From assembly GCA_965224785.1 (NCBI GenBank), contig OZ245062.1, positions 1,075,091 to 1,099,090 of the forward strand: DNA of 24,000 nt, read 5' to 3'. The translations under genes were made by a program, and so were the position numbers. A model generated the notes under the pieces. It had not been told where the DNA came from. It was given only the letters and a program-made list of their open reading frames with translations, and searched no databases. The first letter of the stretch is position 1; the number at the start of each line of letters is the position of its first letter. Origin of the DNA: Melioribacteraceae bacterium. Lineage in GTDB: Bacteria > Bacteroidota > Ignavibacteria > Ignavibacteriales > Melioribacteraceae. Positions 1 to 8,030 of this stretch are shown here, one piece after another.

Positions 1-263
1 TCATCTAAATCGTTTGCCAATAGATGATAGTAACCCGAAATAACTTCTTTCGTTTCATTGTAAGGGCCATCAATAACTTTCCCATTTTTATAAGAAAGCA
101 TTCTCCCTTCTGCCTCTAAGGGTTGGGCAGATTTCATTTTTCCTTCATCAACTAACTTTTTAATGAAAGCACCAATCTTCTCAATGTGTTGTTGTAATTG
201 TTCTGGAGATAAATCAGCTTTTGGTTTTTCTTCACTTTTAATAAAGAGCATGAATTCTTTCAT
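1..263 (-). CDS. YCII-related (DGPF) domain protein; N-terminal part only, gene runs off the window start
   Basis: My own reverse-strand translation from ATG (261-263) is open to position 1: MKEFMLFIKSEEKPKADLSPEQLQQHIEKIGAFIKKLVDEGKMKSAQPLEAEGRMLSYKNGKVIDGPYNETKEVISGYYHLLANDLD. The DGPY-ETKE-x-GYY-x-A-DLD pattern is typical of YCII/DGPF proteins. AAGGAAAA lies upstream of the ATG. It sits 50 nt downstream of the sigma gene on the same strand. It is absent from the ORF track because it is truncated. Confidence 0.75.
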   Translation of the reverse strand, partial: MKEFMLFIKSEEKPKADLSPEQLQQHIEKIGAFIKKLVDEGKMKSAQPLEAEGRMLSYKNGKVIDGPYNETKEVISGYYHLLANDLD

Positions 264-313
264 TTGTTTTCCTTTTTTATTTTGGTTAATGGATACACTA
301 ATAACAATTGAGA

Positions 314-1585
314 TTAGGAAATAGGGACAAGCTCTTTTAACTTTTTTTCTAAAAAATCTTTATCGCGTTTATTAGCTGAAAGAGAAATTGCTTTATTGAA
401 ATGTTTGATTGCTAAATCAATTTTATTTTCCAATTTGTAAAACTCAGCAATGGTCGATTGGAAAAGATAATAATTCCCAATATCTGAATTTGAATTGAGA
501 TTTAACAATTCATTAATTGCAACTTCATTTCCCTTTATTTTTGATAAGGCAACACATCTGTTTAATTCAATAATAGGGGAGTTCTGTAACAATAAAAGTT
601 TATCATATAGAGAAAGAATTTCTTTCCAATTTGTTTGTTCAAAAGTTTGGGCTGTACAATGGTTAGCTGAAATTGCTGCTAAAATATGATAACTGGAAAC
701 TTTATTTTCACTTATTCCTAAATTTAGATTATGAATTCCTTTCGCGATTAATTCTTTATTCCATTTATTACGGTCTTGCTTATCCATTTCAATTAAAGAA
801 TTATCTTTGTTTGTTCGAGATTCAAATCTAGAAATGTTCAAGTACATAAGAGCTATCAAGGCATAAGAATCAGCCTTCTCTTTAATATACTTACTGCTAA
901 TAATTATTTCAGTTAACCTAATAGCTTCAAGACATAAATCGTATCTTATTATTTCGTTTTTATTTGATGGACTGTAACCCTCGTTAAAAAGTAAATAAAT
1001 AGTTCTAAGAATAATTGTAAGGTTTTCATTTATATTTTGTGGAATTTCAAAACTGACTTTGTTCTCTCGTAACTGTTTGCGTCCTCTTACTAATCTCTTA
1101 TTGATTGTTTCGTTAGTTGAGAAAAAAGCATTTGCAATTTCTGCAATACTAAAGCCACAAAGTATCTTTAGAATTAGAGCAATTTGAGAATTCTCAGAGA
1201 TTGATGAATGGCAACAAACGAACATCATTTTTAATTGTTCATCTAAAATCATTTCTTCAGATATTTGTAGATTCTCAAATTCTACATAAGAAGATTGTAA
1301 ATTTCTTGTCTCCGACTTATATTTTATGTGATGTTGTTTTCGCTTTAATATGTTGAGAGTTAAGTTTTTTGCAGTTGTATATAACCAAGCATTGGGCTTT
1401 TCGGGTAAACCGTTTTGTTGCCAAGAGTCAACTGCTTTTAGTAAAGTTTCTTGAACAATATCTTCGGCAGTTTCAACATTTTCAGTTCCAATGTATCTTG
1501 TAATTACAGAAACAATTTTACCATATTCATTTCTGAAAAAGTGTTCGATTAATTCTTGGCTATATTTCTTGTGAAATTTGTTCAT
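314..1585 (-). CDS. ECF-type RNA polymerase sigma-70 family factor with a long C-terminal TPR-like extension (ECF42-like)
   Basis: 423 aa. The N-terminal ~170 aa has sigma region 2 (AEDIVQETLLKAVDSW) and region 4 HTH (SIAEIANAFFSTNETINKRLVRGRKQL). About 240 aa of helical-repeat extension follows. ATG start at 1583-1585. A YCII/DGPF gene lies immediately downstream, the partner typically found with ECF42. Confidence 0.85.
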   Translation of the reverse strand: MNKFHKKYSQELIEHFFRNEYGKIVSVITRYIGTENVETAEDIVQETLLKAVDSWQQNGLPEKPNAWLYTTAKNLTLNILKRKQHHIKYKSETRNLQSSYVEFENLQISEEMILDEQLKMMFVCCHSSISENSQIALILKILCGFSIAEIANAFFSTNETINKRLVRGRKQLRENKVSFEIPQNINENLTIILRTIYLLFNEGYSPSNKNEIIRYDLCLEAIRLTEIIISSKYIKEKADSYALIALMYLNISRFESRTNKDNSLIEMDKQDRNKWNKELIAKGIHNLNLGISENKVSSYHILAAISANHCTAQTFEQTNWKEILSLYDKLLLLQNSPIIELNRCVALSKIKGNEVAINELLNLNSNSDIGNYYLFQSTIAEFYKLENKIDLAIKHFNKAISLSANKRDKDFLEKKLKELVPIS

Positions 1586-1634
1586 AGATTAGAAGTATGA
1601 ATACTAACCCTAAAGTTGGTTTTCGGATTTACGT

Positions 1635-1728
1635 TGTCATACTGGTTTGCGTTTTTTGCAACACCGGTATCTGTTTTAAGTATAAGATTCAAGTATTTTA
1701 TCAAAAAACGATAAAAATCGGAATGACA
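1635..1728. repeat. Dispersed TGTCAT...ATGACA element, CCGG subfamily (degenerate copy)
   Basis: tgtcatactggtttgcg...ttttgcaacaccggtatct...aagtataagattc...aatcggaatgaca aligns block by block with the copies at 7911, 8031 and 8950. It is intergenic, about 50 nt upstream of the sigma start. Confidence 0.7.
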
Positions 1729-1781
1729 GCATACTTAACTGAGATATTAAATATCGTTCTATTACCGTCAGTTAAATATAT

Positions 1782-2126
1782 CTAAGTATTATCAATTACA
1801 TTTTTTACTCTATTAGCTTCATCTGATTTAGTGAGAGTGAGGCGAATAATACTATCTTCTATAGCATTTAAATTGTGAGGAATTCCTCCATTTAAAGCAA
1901 TTAAATCGCCTTTCTTTAAATTTAGAACATCCTCTTGAACTCCAAAATCAATTGCACCATCAACAATTTCCACAACAATTGGGAATGATGTTTGGTGCTT
2001 ATTCATTGTTTGTCCTTTACGCATTGCAATTCTAATTTCTTTAGTAAAAGTTGTTTCAAACAATACTTTTATTGCCGGTTTGCTTTTTTCGTACTCAAGG
2101 TCTTCAAAAATTGAGGCTGTTTTCAT
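1782..2126 (-). CDS. Small cupin-domain protein
   Basis: 114 aa. The beta-rich sequence with H-x-...-G-x5-...-P-x-H-N pattern (NKHQTSFPIVVEIVDGAIDF...GDLIALNGGIPHNL) resembles a single cupin_2 barrel. An AGGAG SD lies 5 nt upstream of the ATG. Only 1 nt separates it from the upstream globin stop, so the two form an operon. Confidence 0.65.
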   Translation of the reverse strand: MKTASIFEDLEYEKSKPAIKVLFETTFTKEIRIAMRKGQTMNKHQTSFPIVVEIVDGAIDFGVQEDVLNLKKGDLIALNGGIPHNLNAIEDSIIRLTLTKSDEANRVKNVIDNT

Positions 2127-2127
2127 T

Positions 2128-2514
2128 TTAACTCCTGCCTTTATTTATAAATTGTAATTTAGATTGAAAAATATTAGCTATTGATTTTGCTCTTTCTTTG
2201 GCTAATTCAGTAGTCTTACCTTCAAATAATTCATCTATATTTTGAATGAAAAGCTTTAACCATCTATCAAAATGAAGTTTATCAATTGGAAGAGGAATAT
2301 GCTTTGGAAATGGATTTCCCTGGTAATCTACGCCACCCAAAAGTACCATATCCCAAAAACTATACATAATTGGAAGATGCACTTTCCAATCTACTTTTGC
2401 AAAGTCATTGAAAACTTGGGATAAAATATCATCCGAATTTACTTTGTCGTAAAACAAATTCACCAATGTTTCTATATCTTTCTTGGATGTAATATCTTTT
2501 TTATTATTTATCAT
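2128..2514 (-). CDS. Group III truncated haemoglobin
   Basis: About 128 aa. LVNLFYDKVNSDDILSQVF...WKVHLPIMYSFWDMVLLGG..YQGNPFPKHIPLP...HFDRWLKLF matches my memory of the group III trHb (Ctb-like) family. The track start at 2520 is a TTG. The ATG two codons in (2512-2514) is preferred. Confidence 0.75.
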   Translation of the reverse strand: MINNKKDITSKKDIETLVNLFYDKVNSDDILSQVFNDFAKVDWKVHLPIMYSFWDMVLLGGVDYQGNPFPKHIPLPIDKLHFDRWLKLFIQNIDELFEGKTTELAKERAKSIANIFQSKLQFINKGRS

Positions 2515-2672
2515 GTTCAAAGCTAACCACTAAGCAATAACTTTACTAATATTTTCGTAAGTTGAATCTGAAATAGTTGATTCTCTCACAGAATAAAGGA
2601 AAAATTGTCGTCTTTTTGACTCAAATTTTCTGAGAAAAATTGTTTATTATGTAATAATAAAAAGGGAATATT

Positions 2673-3395
2673 ATGAAATCATTACTATTAGTTTTAGTTT
2701 TTTTATTGGGATGCAATTCAACGCCAAGTGCAAGTTCATTTGATCATTCAACTTTTGATAATTTATTAAAACAAAATGTAAATGAAATAGGACTTATAAA
2801 TTATAAAGCGTTTCAAGAAAGTGAATCATTCAATAAATATCTTAAACAAATTGCTGAAGCAAATGTTAGTAAGTTTTCTAAATCTGAAAAGTTAGCTTTT
2901 TATATTAACACTTATAATGCGTTAATAATTAAAAATGTTATAGATCATCCAAACATAAAATCTCCAATGGATGTTGATGGATTTTTTAAGAAAATAAAAT
3001 TTGAAGTTGCTGGGGAGCATATTACTTTAGATGAACTGGAGCATACCTACACTCTTAAAATAGATGGAGTTTTACCTCACTTCGGACTTGTTTGCGGAGC
3101 TAAGAGTTGTACTAAACTTATTGCAAAGGCTTATAGCTCTAAAGATGTTTTCAAACAGTTAAAGCAAAACGCTAAAGATTTTTTAGGTGATAAATCAAGA
3201 AATTATTATGATAAGGAAAATGATACTTTACATTTGTCAGCAATATTTAATTGGTTCAAAGGATACTTTGAATTTGAATATGGAACTTTGTTAAAAGCAG
3301 TTAAGTTATTATCAAATAAGAAGATAGGTCTTAATATTTCAAGTTCTACAAAGGTGGAATTCTTAAAATATAATTGGGAGTTAAATGTACAATAA
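2673..3395 (+). CDS. DUF547 domain lipoprotein (paralogue 1)
   Basis: 240 aa. Lipobox signal MKSLLLVLVFLLGC. DUF547 hallmarks: FYINTYNALIIKNVI, PHFGLVCGAKSCTKL, LSAIFNWFKGYF, FLKYNWELN. AGGGAA SD before the ATG. Confidence 0.85.
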   Translation: MKSLLLVLVFLLGCNSTPSASSFDHSTFDNLLKQNVNEIGLINYKAFQESESFNKYLKQIAEANVSKFSKSEKLAFYINTYNALIIKNVIDHPNIKSPMDVDGFFKKIKFEVAGEHITLDELEHTYTLKIDGVLPHFGLVCGAKSCTKLIAKAYSSKDVFKQLKQNAKDFLGDKSRNYYDKENDTLHLSAIFNWFKGYFEFEYGTLLKAVKLLSNKKIGLNISSSTKVEFLKYNWELNVQ

Positions 3396-4947
3396 AAAAT
3401 TTTTGGAGATCTTAAAAAGAAATATTCTAAATACATCTGTTCTTTTAATGTTGTTAAATATTTCGAGTGTGGCACAAATAAATAGTTTAGATAATTACTT
3501 TTCAAAAGCAGATTTATTTTTTAAGACTTATGTAAATGATGGATTAGTCAAATACAAAGAAATTAAATCTAACAATAAATCGCTAAGTGAATTAACAAGC
3601 TTTATATCGAATGTAAACTTAGCTGAATTAAAGGATGCTCCCGAAAAGAAATCATTTCTAATAAATACTTACAACTTATTTGTAATTAGTGTTATTGTAA
3701 AAAAATATCCAATTAACTCGCCAAGAGATATTCCTGGTTTTTTTAATTTTATAGAACATAAAATTGGAAGTGAAGAATACACTTTAGATGAGATTGAAAA
3801 GCAACTTCTTTTTGCAGAATACGATGACCCACTATTTCACTTCGCTTTAGTTTGTGCAGCTGTAAGTTGTCCTGAAATAATAAATGAAGCTTACAAGCCT
3901 ATAGATATTGACGAAACTCTGAATAAGAAAGCAAAGCTGACATTAAATAGTAGTAAACATATAAAAGAAGATGAATCAAATAAAACAATTTATTTAAGCA
4001 AAATATTTGATTGGTACACAAGTGATTTCAAGAAAGATGGTAAATCTGTAATAGAATTTATAAATCAGTTTAGAGATGTTAAACTAAACAACAATTATTC
4101 AGTTCAATATTTACCTTATGATTGGGCATTGAACCAAGTTAATACTAGCGGTTTAGATCTACAAAGTTTATCTCCGTCTGCCTTGCTCCCAAATGGACAA
4201 GTTGAACTGAAAATGTTTAACAATCTTTACACTCAAACCGCATATTACAATTCTGAATCAGAGAAAATTGAGCAGGGGAATAGGAGTAATTTTTTAACAT
4301 CAATAATCTCAGCAACCTATGGTCTAAATTCATCAATCAATTTGGGTCTAGATTTGTGGTTACGCTCATCTTCTGAAGTTGAAGAATCTTCTTCTCCGTT
4401 TGGACTTTTTAGTTTTAATGCAAACCGCCAACGTACTGCTATTAGTAGGATAGGTCCACGTATAAAGTTTGTTCCTTCCAAAAGCGGAGCATTGCAAAAT
4501 GTTTCAATTCAATCAAGTTTTTTAATTCCAACAGTTTCTAATTTAAGCGGAAGTGATGAATTCTTTTATCTTGATGATGACACTTATTTATTTATAAATC
4601 AGTTTTTGTATGATGCAACTTTGAATAAAGATTTATCATTATACGTTGAACTTGGCGTTTGGATGAAACTAAACCGAGATGATTTATTTGAAAATATAAA
4701 TTACAATCTACCCCTAAAATTATTTGTAAATTATTATGCAACACCAAGACTAACACTTTATGCAATGAATGAATTTAACTATGGCTTTAATTCTTTTAAT
4801 GATTCTTATTTTAACCAAACTGGAATAGGTGCAAAATATTTAGTTCTTCCAAATATGGAGTTGGAAGGATTAGTAACAAAGTTTTTATTTGCAAAAAGTC
4901 AAGGAGCTGGAACTACGTTTAATCTTGGCATTAGATTGATTTATTAG
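3385..4947 (+). CDS. DUF547 domain (N-terminal ~250 aa) fused to a C-terminal ~260 aa putative outer-membrane beta-barrel-like domain (paralogue 2)
   Basis: 520 aa. Signal-like N-terminus (...VLLMLLNISSVAQ). DUF547 motifs: FLINTYNLFVISVIV, FHFALVCAAVSCPEI, LSKIFDWYTSDF, YLPYDWALN. The C-terminal half has alternating hydrophobic/polar strands, is rich in N/S/Y/G and ends in an aromatic residue (FNLGIRLIY). Its start overlaps the upstream stop by 11 nt and is preceded by GGAG. Confidence 0.8.
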   Translation: MYNKKFLEILKRNILNTSVLLMLLNISSVAQINSLDNYFSKADLFFKTYVNDGLVKYKEIKSNNKSLSELTSFISNVNLAELKDAPEKKSFLINTYNLFVISVIVKKYPINSPRDIPGFFNFIEHKIGSEEYTLDEIEKQLLFAEYDDPLFHFALVCAAVSCPEIINEAYKPIDIDETLNKKAKLTLNSSKHIKEDESNKTIYLSKIFDWYTSDFKKDGKSVIEFINQFRDVKLNNNYSVQYLPYDWALNQVNTSGLDLQSLSPSALLPNGQVELKMFNNLYTQTAYYNSESEKIEQGNRSNFLTSIISATYGLNSSINLGLDLWLRSSSEVEESSSPFGLFSFNANRQRTAISRIGPRIKFVPSKSGALQNVSIQSSFLIPTVSNLSGSDEFFYLDDDTYLFINQFLYDATLNKDLSLYVELGVWMKLNRDDLFENINYNLPLKLFVNYYATPRLTLYAMNEFNYGFNSFNDSYFNQTGIGAKYLVLPNMELEGLVTKFLFAKSQGAGTTFNLGIRLIY

Positions 4948-4986
4948 AAAGAACATTGTGAATACCTCTCATAAAGAAAAACACCT

Positions 4987-5025
4987 TGTCATTCCGGTTT
5001 CTGTTTTTTAGAATACCGGAACCTC
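4987..5025. repeat. Half copy (left arm hairpin) of the CCGG-subfamily element
   Basis: tgtcattccggtttctgttttttagaataccggaacc. The TTCCGGT/ACCGGAA stem matches the left arm of the full copies, and no right terminus follows. It lies 40 nt after the stop of the 3385-4947 CDS, so it could serve as a terminator hairpin. Confidence 0.6.
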
Positions 5026-5215
5026 ATAACACAGTTAGGCTCATACTAATAAAAAAATAAGAATGGCTTTCCGAAAGTAAAATCAATTTTAATAATTGTT
5101 CTCATGAGATATCCGCATGTCTTTGTTGGTAAATTAAATTACGATTACAAAGGTGTAGCCATTCATAGAATTATTTATATTTTGATAATAATTATATTTC
5201 ATATTTATAATTAGG

Positions 5216-5965
5216 TTAAAAAGTTCTTACAACTCTTACTCTATATTCATCACTTTTTGCTCTAACGTAATTTGCTCCAGATCCAGTATAAAGACTAACT
5301 GCAATTGCCCTTACATACGTATATTCAGTGGAACTCCAGTAAAGAGCATCAGAAAAATTTCCTATATCATCTTTCATAGTATATATAATACCTAATTCTC
5401 TTCTAGTTGGTAAACGCCAGTCCTTAAAGTTTTTAGAATAAGACCATTGGTTATAACTCCAACTAGTTTCATCATTAATAAGATTTGGTGGATCATACCA
5501 ATTTGCATTTGAAAAATGATCTCTGTAAGCAACTACAGTACCATGTTCCCCATTAGGACTCACTTCTATTACATATCCTCCAAGGCTTGTATACCAATTG
5601 CCAACAGAATATTTATAAATACGTTTAAGCTCAGTTCTTTGCCACATTAGTTTACCATTTCTTTGGTATAATCTATTTCCATCAAGAGTATCACTAACAG
5701 ATTTTAATAATATAGAAGCAGCATCATTCCCTTGATCTATGATTTGAAGTATTGCGTTGCCAGTTTCATTTCTAAACGATATACTATCACCATTGGCTTG
5801 AGGTGAATTAGGTTGTAGAAAATTGGTTTTATCACTATTCTCATTTTCGGATTGCATAATAGTATTTCCTTGTGCAATAATGAGAGACGTTTCGTCTCCA
5901 AAAAACTCTGCCACAATAGGTAAAAGAAAGACGAAAAACGAAAGATGTAAAATATTTATTTTCAT
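5216..5965 (-). CDS. Secreted DUF1566 (Lcl C-terminal-like) domain protein
   Basis: 249 aa with a hydrophobic signal (MKINILHLSFFVFLLPIVA). The C-terminal half carries GGYVIEVSPNGEHGTVVA, WRLPTRRELGIIY and YWSSTE, which are characteristic of DUF1566. Confidence 0.65.
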   Translation of the reverse strand: MKINILHLSFFVFLLPIVAEFFGDETSLIIAQGNTIMQSENENSDKTNFLQPNSPQANGDSISFRNETGNAILQIIDQGNDAASILLKSVSDTLDGNRLYQRNGKLMWQRTELKRIYKYSVGNWYTSLGGYVIEVSPNGEHGTVVAYRDHFSNANWYDPPNLINDETSWSYNQWSYSKNFKDWRLPTRRELGIIYTMKDDIGNFSDALYWSSTEYTYVRAIAVSLYTGSGANYVRAKSDEYRVRVVRTF

Positions 5966-6139
5966 ATTATTGCTCCATATTTTGGTTTAACTTGTTTGTG
6001 AGATTTCTGTCTTCCCAAAAAGATGGTAAATTTGAATGACAAATGTTTTAGCAATATGACAGAGGGTCTCATTTAATTGGTTTATATTTAGTAATTATAT
6101 TTGTGTAGTAAACTAATAGTATTAACTATATAAAATCAA

Positions 6140-6155
6140 CTACCTATATAGGTAG
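6140..6155. promoter_or_regulatory. Perfect 16-bp palindrome CTACCTATATAGGTAG in a long non-coding gap (possible dimeric regulator site or hairpin)
   Basis: Read directly from the sequence; it is self-complementary over all 16 nt and followed by tattttt. It lies between the divergent genes 5216-5965(-) and 6542-7888(+). Its function is unknown. Confidence 0.35.
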
Positions 6156-6541
6156 TATTTTTGAGTTGAAAATTTTTAAAGGATTAAAAATGCAGCACTT
6201 AAAATAAAATACACTTAATAATAGACAGTAAAATATTTGGGAAATTAAAAGTAGGAGGGTGTTTAATCTTTTTGTTTTCGTAAAGTTAATTGCATAAAAC
6301 TTTAAGCTAAGTTCCAATTATCACAGCAAATAATATCCCCTCAAAAAACGGAGGGCAGGCTGTACCAATGGTACTTTTGTTGTTTCTTATATAAATATTA
6401 TTAAATAGTTTATAATGCGGTTCCAAGTAAAACTTCGCCAAGTTTTATTATTATAGTAATATAACTAATGTAAGCTATATGACTAAAAAAGAAGTTTAGT
6501 AGAATTATTATAATGTTCAAATGTTTTAAAAATAAGTAAAC

Positions 6542-7888
6542 ATGAAATATTCAATAATAATAATAACCCATAACGAAGAAGATAAAATACTTGAGTGCAT
6601 TACTAGTGTAAAGAATACCTCTAAGAATATTTCCGAATATGAAATAATAGTTTCAGATGGGGGAAGTACAGATAATACTCAAAAAATTGTTGAAGGCGAA
6701 GGAGCATTATTTAATAAATCTCCAGTTGGAAGAGGTGTGCAGACAAATACGGGAGCACGGTTAGCAAGTGGCGAGATTCTAATCTTTCTACACGCAGATA
6801 CTTTATTCCCCAAGAATGGATTTGATGTTTTAGAAAAAGCATTTAAAAACGCAAATGTAAAAATTGGTACTTTTAAAATGATGTTTGATGAACCAAGTTT
6901 TATTTATAAAGTTTATTCTTTTTTCACAAAATTTGATTCAGTTTTTACTTCCTTTGGTGACCAATGTATTGTTGTAAGAAAAATCTTTTTTAACAACTTA
7001 GGTGGTTATCCCGATTGGCAGATATTTGAAGATGTTCACTTTTTACGTAAGGCAAGAAAAGAAACTAAGATTTATTCATTCAATGGAACAGTAATTACTT
7101 CTGCTCGTAGATTTAAAAAGAATGGATTACTCTGGCAACAATTTAGAAATTCATATTATATTTTTCTTTATTTTACTGGAATTAATCATAAGAACTTAAA
7201 AGAAAAATACGGAAGTACTAAAATAGGAACTATGAACGAATCACTAATTATTTTTGTTAAATACCCTGAAGAAGGAAAAGTAAAAACTAGACTTGGAAAA
7301 ACAATTGGTTTTGAAAAAGCCACTAAAATTTATACTCAATTAGCGGAGCATAGTTTTAACGAAGCTAGAAAATTAAAAAAAGTTTCTCGCTATTTATTTT
7401 TTGTCGATGAACTAAATAGAAAAAAAATATCAAATTGGGTTGGTGTTGGTTTTAGTTTTTATCCCCAAAGTATTGGAGATTTAGGAGACAAAATGAGAGC
7501 AGCGTTTTCTAAAGTCTTTACAAAAGGTGCCAATAAAACTTTAATAATTGGCTCAGACTTGCCGGATATTTCAAAATCATTAATGTCAAAAGCTTTCAAA
7601 GATTTAGATAAAAATGATATTGTAATTGGTCCTAGTAAAGATGGAGGTTACTATTTACTTGGTATGAACAAGTTTTATCCTGAATTATTTGATGGAGTTG
7701 CTTGGAGTACTGAGCAAGTTCTTGAACAAACTTTGGAGAAAGTAAAATCACTAAATCTTTCTGTTACATTATTAAAAGAACTGAATGATATTGATACTAT
7801 TGAAGATCTAAATGATTGGCAGAATAAGGAGCATACAAAAGAAGATTCTAATTCGCTTGTTGAAAAGTTAGTCTTAGAATATAAATAG
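6542..7888 (+). CDS. Fusion protein: N-terminal family-2 glycosyltransferase (TIGR04283-like) plus C-terminal DUF2064 transferase (TIGR04282-like), the 'rSAM/selenodomain-associated' or 'arsenosugar biosynthesis' transferases
   Basis: 448 aa. N-domain: YSIIIITHNEE, VSDGGSTDNT, GRGVQTNTGARLASGEILIFLHADTLFP. C-domain from about residue 231: MNESLIIFVKYPEEGKVKTRLGK...LIIGSDLPDIS...VIGPSKDGGYYLLGM...AWSTEQV, which is the DUF2064 pattern. An in-frame ATG at 7232 marks the junction. Confidence 0.8.
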   Translation: MKYSIIIITHNEEDKILECITSVKNTSKNISEYEIIVSDGGSTDNTQKIVEGEGALFNKSPVGRGVQTNTGARLASGEILIFLHADTLFPKNGFDVLEKAFKNANVKIGTFKMMFDEPSFIYKVYSFFTKFDSVFTSFGDQCIVVRKIFFNNLGGYPDWQIFEDVHFLRKARKETKIYSFNGTVITSARRFKKNGLLWQQFRNSYYIFLYFTGINHKNLKEKYGSTKIGTMNESLIIFVKYPEEGKVKTRLGKTIGFEKATKIYTQLAEHSFNEARKLKKVSRYLFFVDELNRKKISNWVGVGFSFYPQSIGDLGDKMRAAFSKVFTKGANKTLIIGSDLPDISKSLMSKAFKDLDKNDIVIGPSKDGGYYLLGMNKFYPELFDGVAWSTEQVLEQTLEKVKSLNLSVTLLKELNDIDTIEDLNDWQNKEHTKEDSNSLVEKLVLEYK

Positions 7889-7910
7889 CAGATAAATAAT
7901 TACTGCAATG

Positions 7911-8011
7911 TGTCATTCTGGTTTCTAGTCTTTGGATTATCGGAATATATAAACTCTAGTTGTATGAGATTCCGGTATCCCGCGTAAGGAACTGCGGAAA
8001 CCGGAATGACA
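7911..8011. repeat. Full copy of TGTCAT...ATGACA element, CCGG subfamily
   Basis: 101 bp. Termini tgtcattctggtttc / gaaaccggaatgaca are inverted. Internal blocks are ggattatcggaat, gagattccggtatcccgc and gcggaaaccgg. It starts 23 nt after the stop of the 6542-7888 CDS. Confidence 0.85.
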
Positions 8012-8030
8012 AAGTAAAAAAATCCAAATC

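Noticed and set aside
495-689. 64-aa ORF antisense to the sigma factor, plus similar short antisense ORFs at 3206-3505, 8682-8867, 9909-10097, 10121-10306, 12584-12820, 14363-14608, 15703-15924, 17422-17604, 18825-19037 and 20030-20284
   Set aside because: All are embedded in, or opposite to, longer CDSs with clear family motifs. They have no SD or domain signal and are typical AT-rich shadow ORFs.
1597-1785. 62-aa plus-strand ORF between the sigma and cupin genes
   Set aside because: It spans the repeat copy at 1635-1728, has no SD and has no recognisable domain. It is most likely a translation of the repeat.
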